Shown one piece after another: positions 40,351 to 50,849 of a stretch of 54,001 nucleotides of DNA (positions are counted from its first letter, which is position 1; every line of letters starts with the position of its first letter). The stretch covers positions 1-54,001 of the forward strand of contig JAEZIA010000016.1 of NCBI GenBank assembly GCA_023416315.1. The letters run 5' to 3'. The DNA is from Actinomycetes bacterium. Its GTDB lineage: Bacteria > Actinomycetota > Actinomycetes > Mycobacteriales > Mycobacteriaceae. The position numbers and the translations under genes were made by a program. The notes below the pieces were generated by a model, which had not been told where the DNA came from, ran no database searches, and saw only the letters and a list, made by a program, of their open reading frames with translations.

Positions 40351-40521
40351 ATGGACCGCACACTCACTCGCCGCTTCACCACCGCTCTGGCGGGACCCAC
40401 CCTCGCGATGGGCGTCCTGGCCGGCACCTTGATCGTCGACACCCCCGCCGCGAACGACACCATGAGCCGCAGCACCGCATCCGCCACCGCCCCCTCGGGC
40501 CTGGTCACGATCCACCTGTAA
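40351..40521 (+). CDS. 56-aa putative secreted small protein
   Basis: AAGGAG RBS. Sequence MDRTLTRRFTTALAGPTLAMGVLAGTLIVDTPAANDTMSRSTASATAPSGLVTIHL. A strong hairpin lies downstream. Confidence 0.55.
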   Translation: MDRTLTRRFTTALAGPTLAMGVLAGTLIVDTPAANDTMSRSTASATAPSGLVTIHL

Positions 40522-40593
40522 CTCCACACATCCGCCGCGAAAACCCGCTCGAGGAGGTCTATCGGTCGCTAACCCTCTTACTCCACATGCCTT

Positions 40594-40628
40594 CGAGGCC
40601 CTCCCTATGGTCATAAGGGAGGGCCTCG
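40594..40628 (+). terminator. 13-bp stem hairpin, probable terminator
   Basis: CGAGGCCCTCCCT-loop-AGGGAGGGCCTCG. Confidence 0.65.
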
Positions 40629-40662
40629 TCGGCGTCTAGACGGGTGCCATATCGTGGCGGGC

Positions 40663-41892
40663 ATGGATTTCGCCATGTCAGCCAAGGGTGCCGACTACCA
40701 CAAACGCCTCACTGAGTTCATGGTCGAGCACGTCTTCCCGGCCGAGAATTCTTACGACGAGTACCGGGCGGCCGCAGGCCCGCAGGACTTCACGGTGCCA
40801 CCGGTGGTCGAGGAATTGAAGGTGCTGGCGAAGAAGCAGGGCCTGTGGAACCTGTTCCTTCCGGCGGAGTCCGGGCTGACGAATCTCGAGTACGCGCCGC
40901 TGGCCGAACTGACCGGCTGGAGCACCGAAATCGCGCCAGAGGCGATCAACTGCGCGGCGCCCGACACCGGCAACATGGAGACGCTGCACCTGTTCGCCAC
41001 CGAGGAGCAGCGCAAGCAGTGGCTGGAGCCCCTGCTGGCCGGCGAGATCCGCAGCGCCTTCTCGATGACCGAGCCCGCGGTCGCCTCCAGCGACGCCCGC
41101 AACATCCAGACCCAGATGGTGCGCGACGGCGACGACTACATCATCAACGGTCACAAGTGGTGGACCTCCGGCGCCAACGACCCGCGCTGCAAGGTCCTGA
41201 TCGTGATGGGCCGCACCAACCCCGACGCCGCCTCGCATCAGCAGCAGTCGATGATCCTGGTGCCCACCGACACCCCCGGCGTGAAAATTCTGCGCTCCAC
41301 CTCGGTGTTCGGCTGGCAGGACCAGCACGGGCATGCCGAGGTGATCTACGACAACGTGCGGGTGCCTGCGTCCAACCTGCTCGCCGAGGAGGGGATGGGC
41401 TTCGCGATCGCCCAGGCCCGGCTGGGGCCGGGCCGCATTCACCACTGCATGCGCGCGATCGGCGTTGCCGAGCGGGCGCTGGCGCTGATGACCCACCGTG
41501 CCCGCACCCGCATCGCGTTCGGCAAGCCGCTCGCCGAGCAGGGTGTGGTCCAGCAGCAGATTGCGTTGTCCCGCAACGAGATCGACCAGGCGCGGCTGCT
41601 GTGCCAGAAGGCCGCCTGGACGATCGACCAGCATGGCAACAAGGAAGCCCGCAATCTGGTCGCCCAGATCAAGGCGGTCGCCCCGCAGATGGCCTGCAAT
41701 GTGATCGACCGCGCCATCCAGGTGCACGGCGGCGGCGGGGTCAGCGATGACTTCCCGCTCGCGCGGATGTACGGCTGGCAGCGAGCCATGCGGATCTTCG
41801 ACGGGCCCGACGAGGTCCACATCCGCAGCATCGCCCGCGCCGAAATCGGCGTGGAGCCCAGCGCTTTCGCGGCTGCGGTGACCGGCGCGTGA
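40663..41892 (+). CDS. fadE2: Acyl-CoA dehydrogenase FadE2
   Basis: NCAAPDTGNME, FSMTEPAVASSDA, AQARLGPGRIHHCMR, RIFDGPDEVH. Adjacent to ptpB. Confidence 0.88.
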   Translation: MDFAMSAKGADYHKRLTEFMVEHVFPAENSYDEYRAAAGPQDFTVPPVVEELKVLAKKQGLWNLFLPAESGLTNLEYAPLAELTGWSTEIAPEAINCAAPDTGNMETLHLFATEEQRKQWLEPLLAGEIRSAFSMTEPAVASSDARNIQTQMVRDGDDYIINGHKWWTSGANDPRCKVLIVMGRTNPDAASHQQQSMILVPTDTPGVKILRSTSVFGWQDQHGHAEVIYDNVRVPASNLLAEEGMGFAIAQARLGPGRIHHCMRAIGVAERALALMTHRARTRIAFGKPLAEQGVVQQQIALSRNEIDQARLLCQKAAWTIDQHGNKEARNLVAQIKAVAPQMACNVIDRAIQVHGGGGVSDDFPLARMYGWQRAMRIFDGPDEVHIRSIARAEIGVEPSAFAAAVTGA

Positions 41893-42683
41893 ACCACACT
41901 GAGCTGTCGGGGGCGTGGAACTTCCGTGACATCGCCGACACCGTGGGGATCCGGCCGGGCAAGTTCTTCCGGTCCAGTGAGCTCAGCCGGCTCGACGACG
42001 ACGGCCGGGAAGTCTTCCGGCGCTTGGGTATCACCGATGTCGCCGACCTACGGTCACCGCAGGAGCTCGAACGCCGCGGCGCGGGCGCGGTACCCCACGG
42101 TGTCGCGATCCATCTGCTGCCGTTCCCGGACCTGTCCACTACGACGGCCGAGGCACCGCACGAGACCAGCTGGCAGAAGATGATGACCGAGAAGGTCGAC
42201 GACGAAGACGTCGAGGCCGCCGCGGAACGCTTCATGACCGGTGAGTACGAGAAGTTCCCGACCCTCGCGGGTGCGCAACGTGCTGTGCGCCAGGTGTTTT
42301 CGCTGCTGAGCGCGGGACGACCGGTGATCACCCACTGCTTCGCGGGCAAGGACCGCACCGGCTTCACCGTCGCGGTGGTGCTGGAAGCCATCGGGGTGCC
42401 GCGCGACGCCGTGCTGACCGACTTCCTGCGCAGCAACGACGCCGTCGACTCGCTGCGCGAACGGATCATGGAATCGGTGATCAGCCGCGCCGGGGAAACG
42501 CCGGAAATCGCGACCTTCGCCGAATCCCGCCTCACCAACGGGGTGCTCGGCGTGCGCGAGGAATACCTGGCCACCGCGCACCGGACGATCGCCGACAACT
42601 ACGGCGACCTGGACGGCTTCCTGCGCACCGCCGGGGTGAGCGAAGAGGACGTCGCGCGCACCCGTAACGAGCTACTGGGTTAG
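41889..42683 (+). CDS. ptpB: Protein tyrosine/phosphoinositide phosphatase PtpB
   Basis: GAWNFRD, DLRS, P-loop HCFAGKDRTG. Confidence 0.92.
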   Translation: MNHTELSGAWNFRDIADTVGIRPGKFFRSSELSRLDDDGREVFRRLGITDVADLRSPQELERRGAGAVPHGVAIHLLPFPDLSTTTAEAPHETSWQKMMTEKVDDEDVEAAAERFMTGEYEKFPTLAGAQRAVRQVFSLLSAGRPVITHCFAGKDRTGFTVAVVLEAIGVPRDAVLTDFLRSNDAVDSLRERIMESVISRAGETPEIATFAESRLTNGVLGVREEYLATAHRTIADNYGDLDGFLRTAGVSEEDVARTRNELLG

Positions 42684-43157
42684 CAGCAGACCCGCCACCC
42701 ACACCGCGGTGGCGATCAGCCCGCCGACCAGCTCGACGCCGACTGACAGTGCGGCGGCCTTCAGGGCGAGCACGGTGGCAGCCCAGGCTCGGCGCTGATC
42801 GCGACGCGCCGCCAGCTCGGCGAGATACACCCCGAGCACGAACCCGAACAGCAGCCCGATCACCGGCACGACGAAGAAGCCGATGATGCCCAGCACCGCA
42901 CCCGCGGCCAGCGTCCACCGGCCGACCTCACCCGCGCGCATCCGCCGAGCCGGCCACAGGTACTTGATCAGCAGGCTGGCGCCCAGGACCGCGGTGACCA
43001 CGCCGAGTACCACCCAGGACACCAGGGTGTGCTCGACGACGGCCCACACCGCGATCGCCGCAAAGACCAGCAGCGTGCCCGGCAGCAGCGGGACGATGAC
43101 ACCGACCAGCCCGACGGCAATGGCCAATGCCACGAGGACGACGCCGCCGGTGCTCAC
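42672..43157 (-). CDS. DUF456 family membrane protein
   Basis: GVIVPLLPG, GFFVVPVIGLLFGFVLGVYLAE. The GTG lies 7 nt after TAGGCT. Confidence 0.82.
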   Translation of the reverse strand: MSTGGVVLVALAIAVGLVGVIVPLLPGTLLVFAAIAVWAVVEHTLVSWVVLGVVTAVLGASLLIKYLWPARRMRAGEVGRWTLAAGAVLGIIGFFVVPVIGLLFGFVLGVYLAELAARRDQRRAWAATVLALKAAALSVGVELVGGLIATAVWVAGLLLTQ

Positions 43158-43317
43158 TCGCCCGAGCCTAGGGCCTCGTCCGACGGTCCGACTGGACACC
43201 TGTCTATTGCCTGAGCGAGTGGCCGCCGATCGTGGCCTTGCGGAGGGTGGAAATACACTGGCATCTTTACCCGGGCCGTCCGGCCTCCGCAGGACCTAAC
43301 CAGATCGGATCGCATCG

Positions 43318-44850
43318 ATGCTCATCGGGATTCCACGAGAGTCTCTACCTGGGGAGACGCGTGTCGCCGCCACACCACAGACCGTCGGACAGCTCATCAA
43401 GCTCGGCTATGACGTAGTGGTCGAATCCGGTGCGGGTGTCGCGGCGAGCTTTTCCGACGACGCGTTCGTCGAGGCCGGTGCCGGTATCGGGACGGCCACG
43501 GAAGCGCTGGGCGCCGATATCGTCCTGAAGGTCAACGCGCCCACCAATACAGAGATCGCCGGACTGCGCGACGGGGCAACGTTGATCAGCCTGATCTCGC
43601 CGGCGCTGAAACCCGAACTCGTCGAGGAACTGTCCACGCGACCCATCACCGTACTGGCCATGGACGCGGTCCCGCGGATCTCGCGCGCCCAGTCCCTGGA
43701 CGTCTTGTCGTCGATGGCCAATATCGCCGGCTACCGCGCGGTCGTCGAGGCAGCACACACGTTCGGCCGGTTCTTCACCGGCCAGGTGACCGCGGCAGGC
43801 AAGGTCCCACCGGCCAAAGTGCTCGTCGTCGGCGCGGGCGTGGCCGGGCTGGCGGCGATCGGCGCCGCAGGCAGCCTCGGTGCGATCGTGCGGGCCACCG
43901 ACCCGCGCCCCGAGGTCGCCGATCAGGTCAAATCACTTGGCGGTGAGTATCTTTCGATCGAATCGCCGGAGGCGGAGGTGTCGGCCACCGGGTACGCCAA
44001 GGAGATGGGCGACGATTACAAAGCCCGCGAGGCGCAGCTATACGCCGAGCAGTCCAAGGACGTCGACATCATCATCACGACGGCGCTGATTCCCGGGCGG
44101 CCCGCACCGCGCATCATCACCGCCGACATGGTTGCCTCGATGAAATCGGGCAGTGTCATCGTCGATATGGCCGCAGCCAACGGCGGCAACGTCGAGGGCA
44201 CCGTCAAAGACCGGGCCGTCGTCACCGACAACGGCGTCACCATCATCGGCTACACCGACCTGGCCGGCCGGTTGCCCGCCCAGGCATCGCAGCTCTACGG
44301 CACCAACCTGGTCAACCTGCTCAAACTGCTGACCCCGGACAAAGACGGCACGCTCGTCCTCGATTTCGACGACGTGGTGCAGCGCTCGGTCACCGTCGTC
44401 CGCGACGGCGAGACGACGTGGCCACCACCACCGGTACAGGTATCCGCTGCCCCAGCACCGGCGGCGACAGCCGCCCCGGCAGTGCAGCCGACCAAGGAAC
44501 CGATGACGATGGGCCGCCGACTCGGCCTCACCTTCGGCGCCGCCGCCGTGCTGTTCGGACTGATCGCGTTGTCCCCGGCCGCACTGCAGGTGCACCTGAC
44601 GGTCTTCGCCCTGGCGATCGTGATTGGCTATTACGTCATCGGACACGTGCACCACGCGCTGCACACCCCGTTGATGTCGGTGACCAACGCCATCTCGGGC
44701 ATCATCGTCGTCGGCGCCCTGCTCCAGATCGGCCACGGTGACGTCGTCGTCACGACACTGGCCGCTGTCGCCATCCTGCTTGCCAGTATCAACATCTTCG
44801 GTGGCTTCGCGGTGACGCGTCGCATGCTCGCGATGTTCTCGAGGAGCTGA
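43318..44850 (+). CDS. pntA: NAD(P) transhydrogenase alpha subunit (fused, E. coli-type)
   Basis: [24 protein letters not shown], then the TM part with [14 protein letters not shown] in the same ORF. Confidence 0.95.
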   Translation: MLIGIPRESLPGETRVAATPQTVGQLIKLGYDVVVESGAGVAASFSDDAFVEAGAGIGTATEALGADIVLKVNAPTNTEIAGLRDGATLISLISPALKPELVEELSTRPITVLAMDAVPRISRAQSLDVLSSMANIAGYRAVVEAAHTFGRFFTGQVTAAGKVPPAKVLVVGAGVAGLAAIGAAGSLGAIVRATDPRPEVADQVKSLGGEYLSIESPEAEVSATGYAKEMGDDYKAREAQLYAEQSKDVDIIITTALIPGRPAPRIITADMVASMKSGSVIVDMAAANGGNVEGTVKDRAVVTDNGVTIIGYTDLAGRLPAQASQLYGTNLVNLLKLLTPDKDGTLVLDFDDVVQRSVTVVRDGETTWPPPPVQVSAAPAPAATAAPAVQPTKEPMTMGRRLGLTFGAAAVLFGLIALSPAALQVHLTVFALAIVIGYYVIGHVHHALHTPLMSVTNAISGIIVVGALLQIGHGDVVVTTLAAVAILLASINIFGGFAVTRRMLAMFSRS

Positions 44851-44851
44851 G

Positions 44852-46273
44852 TTGTTCACATTGGAAACGGCCGCCACGGCGGCCTACGTCGTCGCGGCCC
44901 TGCTGTTCATCCTGGCCTTGGCCGGGCTGTCCAAACACGAAACATCGCGGGCCGGAAACACGTTCGGTATGGCCGGCATGGTCGTCGCCCTGGTCGCCAC
45001 GATCGCGCTGGCCCTGGCCCGCCATATCGAGCCGCTCGGTTTGGGGCTGCTGATCGGCGCCATGGCCATCGGTGCCGCGATCGGGCTGTGGCGTGCCCGC
45101 GTCGTCGAGATGACCGGTATGCCGGAGCTGATCGCGCTGCTGCACAGCTTCGTCGGCCTGGCCGCGGTGCTGGTGGGCTGGAACGGCTACCTGCACGTCG
45201 AACACGATCTGGCCGGCACCGAGGCCGCAGTGCTGAGCAGCGAGGGCATGCTCGGCATCCACTCGGCCGAGGTCTTCATCGGCGTGTTCATCGGTGCGGT
45301 GACCTTCACCGGATCGATCGTCGCCAACCTGAAGCTCTCGGCGCGGATCAAATCGGCGCCACTGATGTTGCCCGGCAAGAACTTCCTCAATGTCGGTGCG
45401 CTGGTGTTGTTCGTGGTGTTCACCGTCTGGTTCGTCATCGATCCCCAGCTGTGGCTGCTCATCGTCGTCACGGTGTTGGCGCTGCTGCTGGGCTGGCACC
45501 TGGTCGCCTCGATCGGCGGTGGCGACATGCCCGTCGTGGTGTCGATGCTCAACAGCTATTCCGGTTGGGCTGCAGCCGCTTCGGGCTTCCTGCTGTCCAA
45601 CGATCTGCTGATCGTCACCGGCGCCCTGGTCGGATCTTCGGGTGCCTACCTGTCCTACATCATGTGCAAGGCCATGAACCGATCGTTCATCTCGGTCATC
45701 GCCGGTGGGTTCGGGATCGAAGCGGGGCCTGCCGAGGACAAGGATTACGGCGAACACCGCGAGATCACCGCCGAGGGAGCCGCCGAACTCTTGTCGTCGG
45801 CCAGTTCGGTGGTCATCACCCCGGGTTACGGCATGGCCGTGGCCCAGGCCCAGTACGGCGTGGCCGAGCTGACCCGGAAGCTACGCGAGCGTGGCATCAC
45901 TGTGCGCTTCGGCATCCACCCCGTCGCGGGCCGGCTGCCCGGTCATATGAACGTGCTGCTGGCGGAGGCCAAGGTGCCGTACGACATCGTGCTCGAAATG
46001 GACGAGATCAACGACGATTTCGAGAACACCTCGGTGGTGTTGGTGATCGGCGCCAATGACACGGTGAATCCGGCAGCGTCGGAAGATCCAGGCAGCCCGA
46101 TCGCCGGCATGCCGGTGCTGACGGTCTGGAATGCCGAACACGTCATCGTGTTCAAGCGGTCCATGGCCTCTGGTTACGCCGGCGTGCAGAATCCGCTGTT
46201 CTTCCGTGAGAACACCCAGATGCTGTTCGGCGATGCCCGCGACCGGGTCGACGACATCAACGCCGCGCTGTAA
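44852..46273 (+). CDS. pntB: NAD(P) transhydrogenase beta subunit
   Basis: [42 protein letters not shown]. Confidence 0.95.
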   Translation: MFTLETAATAAYVVAALLFILALAGLSKHETSRAGNTFGMAGMVVALVATIALALARHIEPLGLGLLIGAMAIGAAIGLWRARVVEMTGMPELIALLHSFVGLAAVLVGWNGYLHVEHDLAGTEAAVLSSEGMLGIHSAEVFIGVFIGAVTFTGSIVANLKLSARIKSAPLMLPGKNFLNVGALVLFVVFTVWFVIDPQLWLLIVVTVLALLLGWHLVASIGGGDMPVVVSMLNSYSGWAAAASGFLLSNDLLIVTGALVGSSGAYLSYIMCKAMNRSFISVIAGGFGIEAGPAEDKDYGEHREITAEGAAELLSSASSVVITPGYGMAVAQAQYGVAELTRKLRERGITVRFGIHPVAGRLPGHMNVLLAEAKVPYDIVLEMDEINDDFENTSVVLVIGANDTVNPAASEDPGSPIAGMPVLTVWNAEHVIVFKRSMASGYAGVQNPLFFRENTQMLFGDARDRVDDINAAL

Positions 46274-46282
46274 GACCGTGCG

Positions 46283-47152
46283 GTGAACCGCCGCGTCCCG
46301 ATGTGGTCGGTGCCGATGTTCTTCATCGCCGGCGCCGTATCGCAGTATGTCGGGGCCGTCCTGGCGGTGTTCCTGTTCGCGACCGCCAACCCGGCCGCGG
46401 TGGCCTGGTTACGCGCCGCGGGGGCCGCCGTGGTGCTCCTCGCCTGGCGCAGGCCGTGGCGCCAAGTCTGGACACACCGTGGTCTTGCCGTCGCCGCCGG
46501 CTTCGGAATCGTCACCGTCGGAATGAATGTTGCCTTCTTCGAGTCGATTTCACGGATTCCGCTCGGTACCGCGGTGGCGATCGAATTCCTCGGCCCCGTC
46601 GCAGTGGCGACGCTGGAGACGCGGCGCGCACGTGATGTTCTGGCCGTCGTACTCGCGGGGGGCGGGGTGGTGCTGCTCGCCGGCGTGCAGGCCGGCGACG
46701 ACGCCGTCGGGGTGTTCTTCGCCCTGACCGCCGCCGCGCTGTGGGCGGGTTACATCCTGCTCGGCAAACGGGTCGCCGAGGCGGGTTCGGGGCTGGATTC
46801 CCTGACCATCGGAATGGCCGTCGCGGCCGTGCTGCTGGCAGCGCCGCTGCTGGCCGGTCAGTTGCACGCCGATGCACAGGTACTCGGCGATCCCCGGATC
46901 TGGCTCGTGGGCCTCGGCGTCGGCGTCCTATCGACGGCGGTGCCCTACGCGCTCGATCAGTTCGTCCTGACGCTCATCACCAGAGCCCGCTTCGCCCTGC
47001 TTCTGGCTCTGCTGCCCGCCACCGCCGCCGGTATCGGCGCGGTCATGCTGCAGCAGTGGCCGACACCCACCGAACTCGCGGGCATCGCCTTGGTCATGAC
47101 GGCGCTGGTCATCAGTGCGGAAGGATCGGTCGCCGAGCACACCGGAAATTAG
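46283..47152 (+). CDS. EamA/RhtA family DMT transporter
   Basis: RIPLGTAVAIEFLGP, LSTAVPYAL, about 10 TM segments. Confidence 0.88.
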   Translation: MNRRVPMWSVPMFFIAGAVSQYVGAVLAVFLFATANPAAVAWLRAAGAAVVLLAWRRPWRQVWTHRGLAVAAGFGIVTVGMNVAFFESISRIPLGTAVAIEFLGPVAVATLETRRARDVLAVVLAGGGVVLLAGVQAGDDAVGVFFALTAAALWAGYILLGKRVAEAGSGLDSLTIGMAVAAVLLAAPLLAGQLHADAQVLGDPRIWLVGLGVGVLSTAVPYALDQFVLTLITRARFALLLALLPATAAGIGAVMLQQWPTPTELAGIALVMTALVISAEGSVAEHTGN

Positions 47153-47871
47153 AGCTTGTCGGCCAGGTCGAGGAAATCCGTTGCAGTGACGTCGAATTCG
47201 CCTGATTCGAACGCCACCCGATAACGCCCTGGTTGGCCCCATTCCAGCGGCCGGTCGACATAGCCGGTCCGCAGGCCGGCAGCCCGGGCGGCCCGCAGAT
47301 CACTGGGGTGAGCCGCGACCAGCATCAGCTCGTCGGGCGCCACGTCCAAGATCTGCGCGCAGCCCAGGTAGGCCTCGCGGTCGGGTTTGTAGTGACCGAA
47401 TATTTCGGCCGACAGCACGCAATCCCACGGCAGGCCCGCGCGTTTGGCCATCTCGGTCAGCAGCGACAGATTGCCGTTCGACAGCGTGGTGATCGTGAAG
47501 CGGTCCTTGAGCCGGTGCAGTCCCGCCACAGAATCCGGCCACGGGGCCAGCCGATGCCAGGCACGGTTCAGGTGGTCGACGGCGTCGTCGGCGGCCTCGA
47601 TGGCGGCGTCGGAAAGCAACTCGTCGAGGATCTTGCGGTGTAGGTCGTCCAGTCGCGTCCACGGCAACTCGCCACGCCGGACCAGGTCCATCGCGGGAAC
47701 GTAACCGGCCCGCCAGTCGTCGGCGAACTTGGCCCAATCCCGTTGCACACCTTGGCGGTTCCCGAACTCTTCGAGCTCACCGATGATGCTGGTCCGCCAG
47801 TCCACGACCGTGCCGAACACGTCGAAGGCCAGCGCGCGGATCCCCTGCGCGCCGGCCCTCGTCGCGGACAT
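47149..47871 (-). CDS. Haloacid dehalogenase type II-like HAD hydrolase
   Basis: FDVFGTVVDW, LSNGN, YKPD, VAAHPSDL. Confidence 0.9.
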   Translation of the reverse strand: MSATRAGAQGIRALAFDVFGTVVDWRTSIIGELEEFGNRQGVQRDWAKFADDWRAGYVPAMDLVRRGELPWTRLDDLHRKILDELLSDAAIEAADDAVDHLNRAWHRLAPWPDSVAGLHRLKDRFTITTLSNGNLSLLTEMAKRAGLPWDCVLSAEIFGHYKPDREAYLGCAQILDVAPDELMLVAAHPSDLRAARAAGLRTGYVDRPLEWGQPGRYRVAFESGEFDVTATDFLDLADKL

Positions 47872-47876
47872 TGTGA

Positions 47877-48740
47877 TCAGCCGAGCTTGAAGGTGGCGTG
47901 CTCGGCGGCGGACAGGTCGTCGATGGTCGACCACTGCGCGGCGACGTCCTCGACGCTCGGCACGTGGTCGAAGGTGACTCCCTCGTTCTGGAACAGCGCC
48001 GCGCGCTGCACCTTGCCGCCGCCGACGATGAACACCGAAGCCGAATCCGGCACCTCTTCGGTGCACAGGTAGCCGACCACCGGCGCGACATACTCCGGCG
48101 TGAGCTTCTTGAGCACCTCCGGCGGCAGGATGTCCTCGGTCATCCGGGTGGCGGCGATCGGCGCCACGGCGTTGGCCTTGATGTTGTACTTGGCGCCTTC
48201 CTGGGCCAGCGAGTTGATCAGGCCGACCAGGCCTAGCTTGGCCGCGCTGTAGTTGGCCTGCCCGAAGTTGCCGAACAGTCCGCTGGTCGAGGTGGCGACG
48301 ACGATGCGGCCGAAGCTCTGCTCGCGGAAGTGCGGCCACGCGGCCCGGATCACGTTGTATCCGCCGTAGAGGTGGACCTTGAGCACCGAGTCCCAGTTCT
48401 CGAACGGCATCTTGTGGAAGGTTCCGTCACGCAGGATGCCCGCGTTGCTGACCACTCCGTCGATCTTGCCGAACTCGTCGAGCGCGGTCTTGATGATGTT
48501 CTCGGCACCCTCGGGCTCGGCGACCGAGTCGTAGTTCGCGACCGCACGGCCGCCGGCATCCTTGATCTCCTGGACCACCTGGTCGGCCATGTTGTGGCCG
48601 GCACCGGTGCCATCGCGGGCGCCGCCGAGGTCGTTCACCACGACGCTGGCGCCCTCGCGGGCCAGGGTCAGGGCGTACTCGCGGCCCAAGCCACCGCCGG
48701 CTCCGGTGACGACGACGACTCGATCAACTACTCCGGGCAT
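47877..48740 (-). CDS. SDR, peroxisomal MFE-type hydroxyacyl-CoA dehydrogenase-like (Rv0148-like)
   Basis: TGAGGGLG, VVNDLGG, NAGILRD, GNFGQANYSAAK. Confidence 0.9.
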   Translation of the reverse strand: MPGVVDRVVVVTGAGGGLGREYALTLAREGASVVVNDLGGARDGTGAGHNMADQVVQEIKDAGGRAVANYDSVAEPEGAENIIKTALDEFGKIDGVVSNAGILRDGTFHKMPFENWDSVLKVHLYGGYNVIRAAWPHFREQSFGRIVVATSTSGLFGNFGQANYSAAKLGLVGLINSLAQEGAKYNIKANAVAPIAATRMTEDILPPEVLKKLTPEYVAPVVGYLCTEEVPDSASVFIVGGGKVQRAALFQNEGVTFDHVPSVEDVAAQWSTIDDLSAAEHATFKLG

Positions 48741-48821
48741 GAGGCATCCTTTCAACCGACTGACGGAACGTACTGTTCTGTATACGTGGGCTGCCCGAGC
48801 TGCAGGCACTCGGGTTGGCCG

Positions 48822-49823
<1,002 letters not shown>

Positions 49824-49904
49824 CTACCCAGCTCAACCAGGGTTATACGACAAGGGTACCGAGGAACTTAGCCACGCTATATGACTGTGGCGGACGTCAC
49901 CGGC

Positions 49905-50540
49905 TCAGTGGACGGCGCGCCACGCCTGTCCGTCGAGCAGCTGCAGGAACTGGTCGGTGATCCCGGTCACCCGGTCCTGATCGCCGACGAAGCCGGCGTA
50001 GAAACCGAGCCCCCACATCACTGCCATCAGCATCTCGGCGGCTGCCTCGATGTCGACGTCCGGTCGCACCTCGCCCGATTCGACGGCATCCTTGATGGCC
50101 GCCTTCACGTAGCCGCGGGCGAACTCCCGCGAATCGTGGTTGGACTCGGCCAACTCCGGATGTCGCTCGGATTCCAGCACCGAGGTCACCAGGAAGGCCG
50201 CCACCGAGCGGTCCTGACCCTGGGCGTGGACGGCCGCCTCGATGAAGACACGGATCCGTCCCGCCAGCGTGCTCTCACGCTGCGACTGGTGCACGGCGGA
50301 CTCGATCACCGCGGCGTTCGTCTGGTCGACGACCTCTTGGTAGAGCAGCCGTTTGCTGGCGAAGTAGTGATTGATCGCAGGTCGGGTCAGGTCGGCACGG
50401 ATCGCGATTGCCTGGAAGGTGGCAGCGTCATATCCCAATTCGCTGAACACCTCACGGGCGGCGCGCATGATGCGCTCTCGCGTTTCCGCTGCCTTAGCTG
50501 CTGGGGGGCGACCCGGGCCCCGACTCGCTGTATGCGGCAC
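49905..50540 (-). CDS. TetR family regulator (Rv0144-like)
   Basis: RGPGRPPAAK, ATFQAIAIRADLTRPAINHYF. Start is either GTG 50540 or TTG 50546. Confidence 0.88.
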   Translation of the reverse strand: MPHTASRGPGRPPAAKAAETRERIMRAAREVFSELGYDAATFQAIAIRADLTRPAINHYFASKRLLYQEVVDQTNAAVIESAVHQSQRESTLAGRIRVFIEAAVHAQGQDRSVAAFLVTSVLESERHPELAESNHDSREFARGYVKAAIKDAVESGEVRPDVDIEAAAEMLMAVMWGLGFYAGFVGDQDRVTGITDQFLQLLDGQAWRAVH

Positions 50541-50541
50541 A

Positions 50542-50578
50542 GTCAAAATTGTGCCACAACTTTCCGAATAATTTTGAC
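50542..50578. promoter_or_regulatory. Inverted repeat at the start of the TetR gene, candidate operator
   Basis: GTCAAAATT-N19-AATTTTGAC at the edge of an AT-rich intergenic region. Confidence 0.5.
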
Positions 50579-50849
50579 GGCAAACGACATTTGCTCAGGT
50601 CGACAAAATTAGAGATCTGTTCATATTCAGATAGACCTTCGGAATCCGTTGCCGGGGCGCTCGATCAGCCTGAAATCCGCGCCTGACATGCGGTTTCAGG
50701 TTCGGTTACCGGATGACGACAGTTGCGTCAAATATTTTCGCTGAGCAATTGGCACGAATATTCGCTATAACTGCATCTGCATGCGGAAGTTCGCCGTCGA
50801 GTGATAGCCAAGCTATTCGGAGAGCTTTGCTATAGGCGTTTTCAGCGCA

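Noticed and set aside
47149..48339. 396-aa ORF suggesting an SDR-HAD fusion or frameshift
   Set aside because: The SDR ends normally at 47877 and the HAD has its own ATG at 47871. The extension is an off-frame reading of the SDR.
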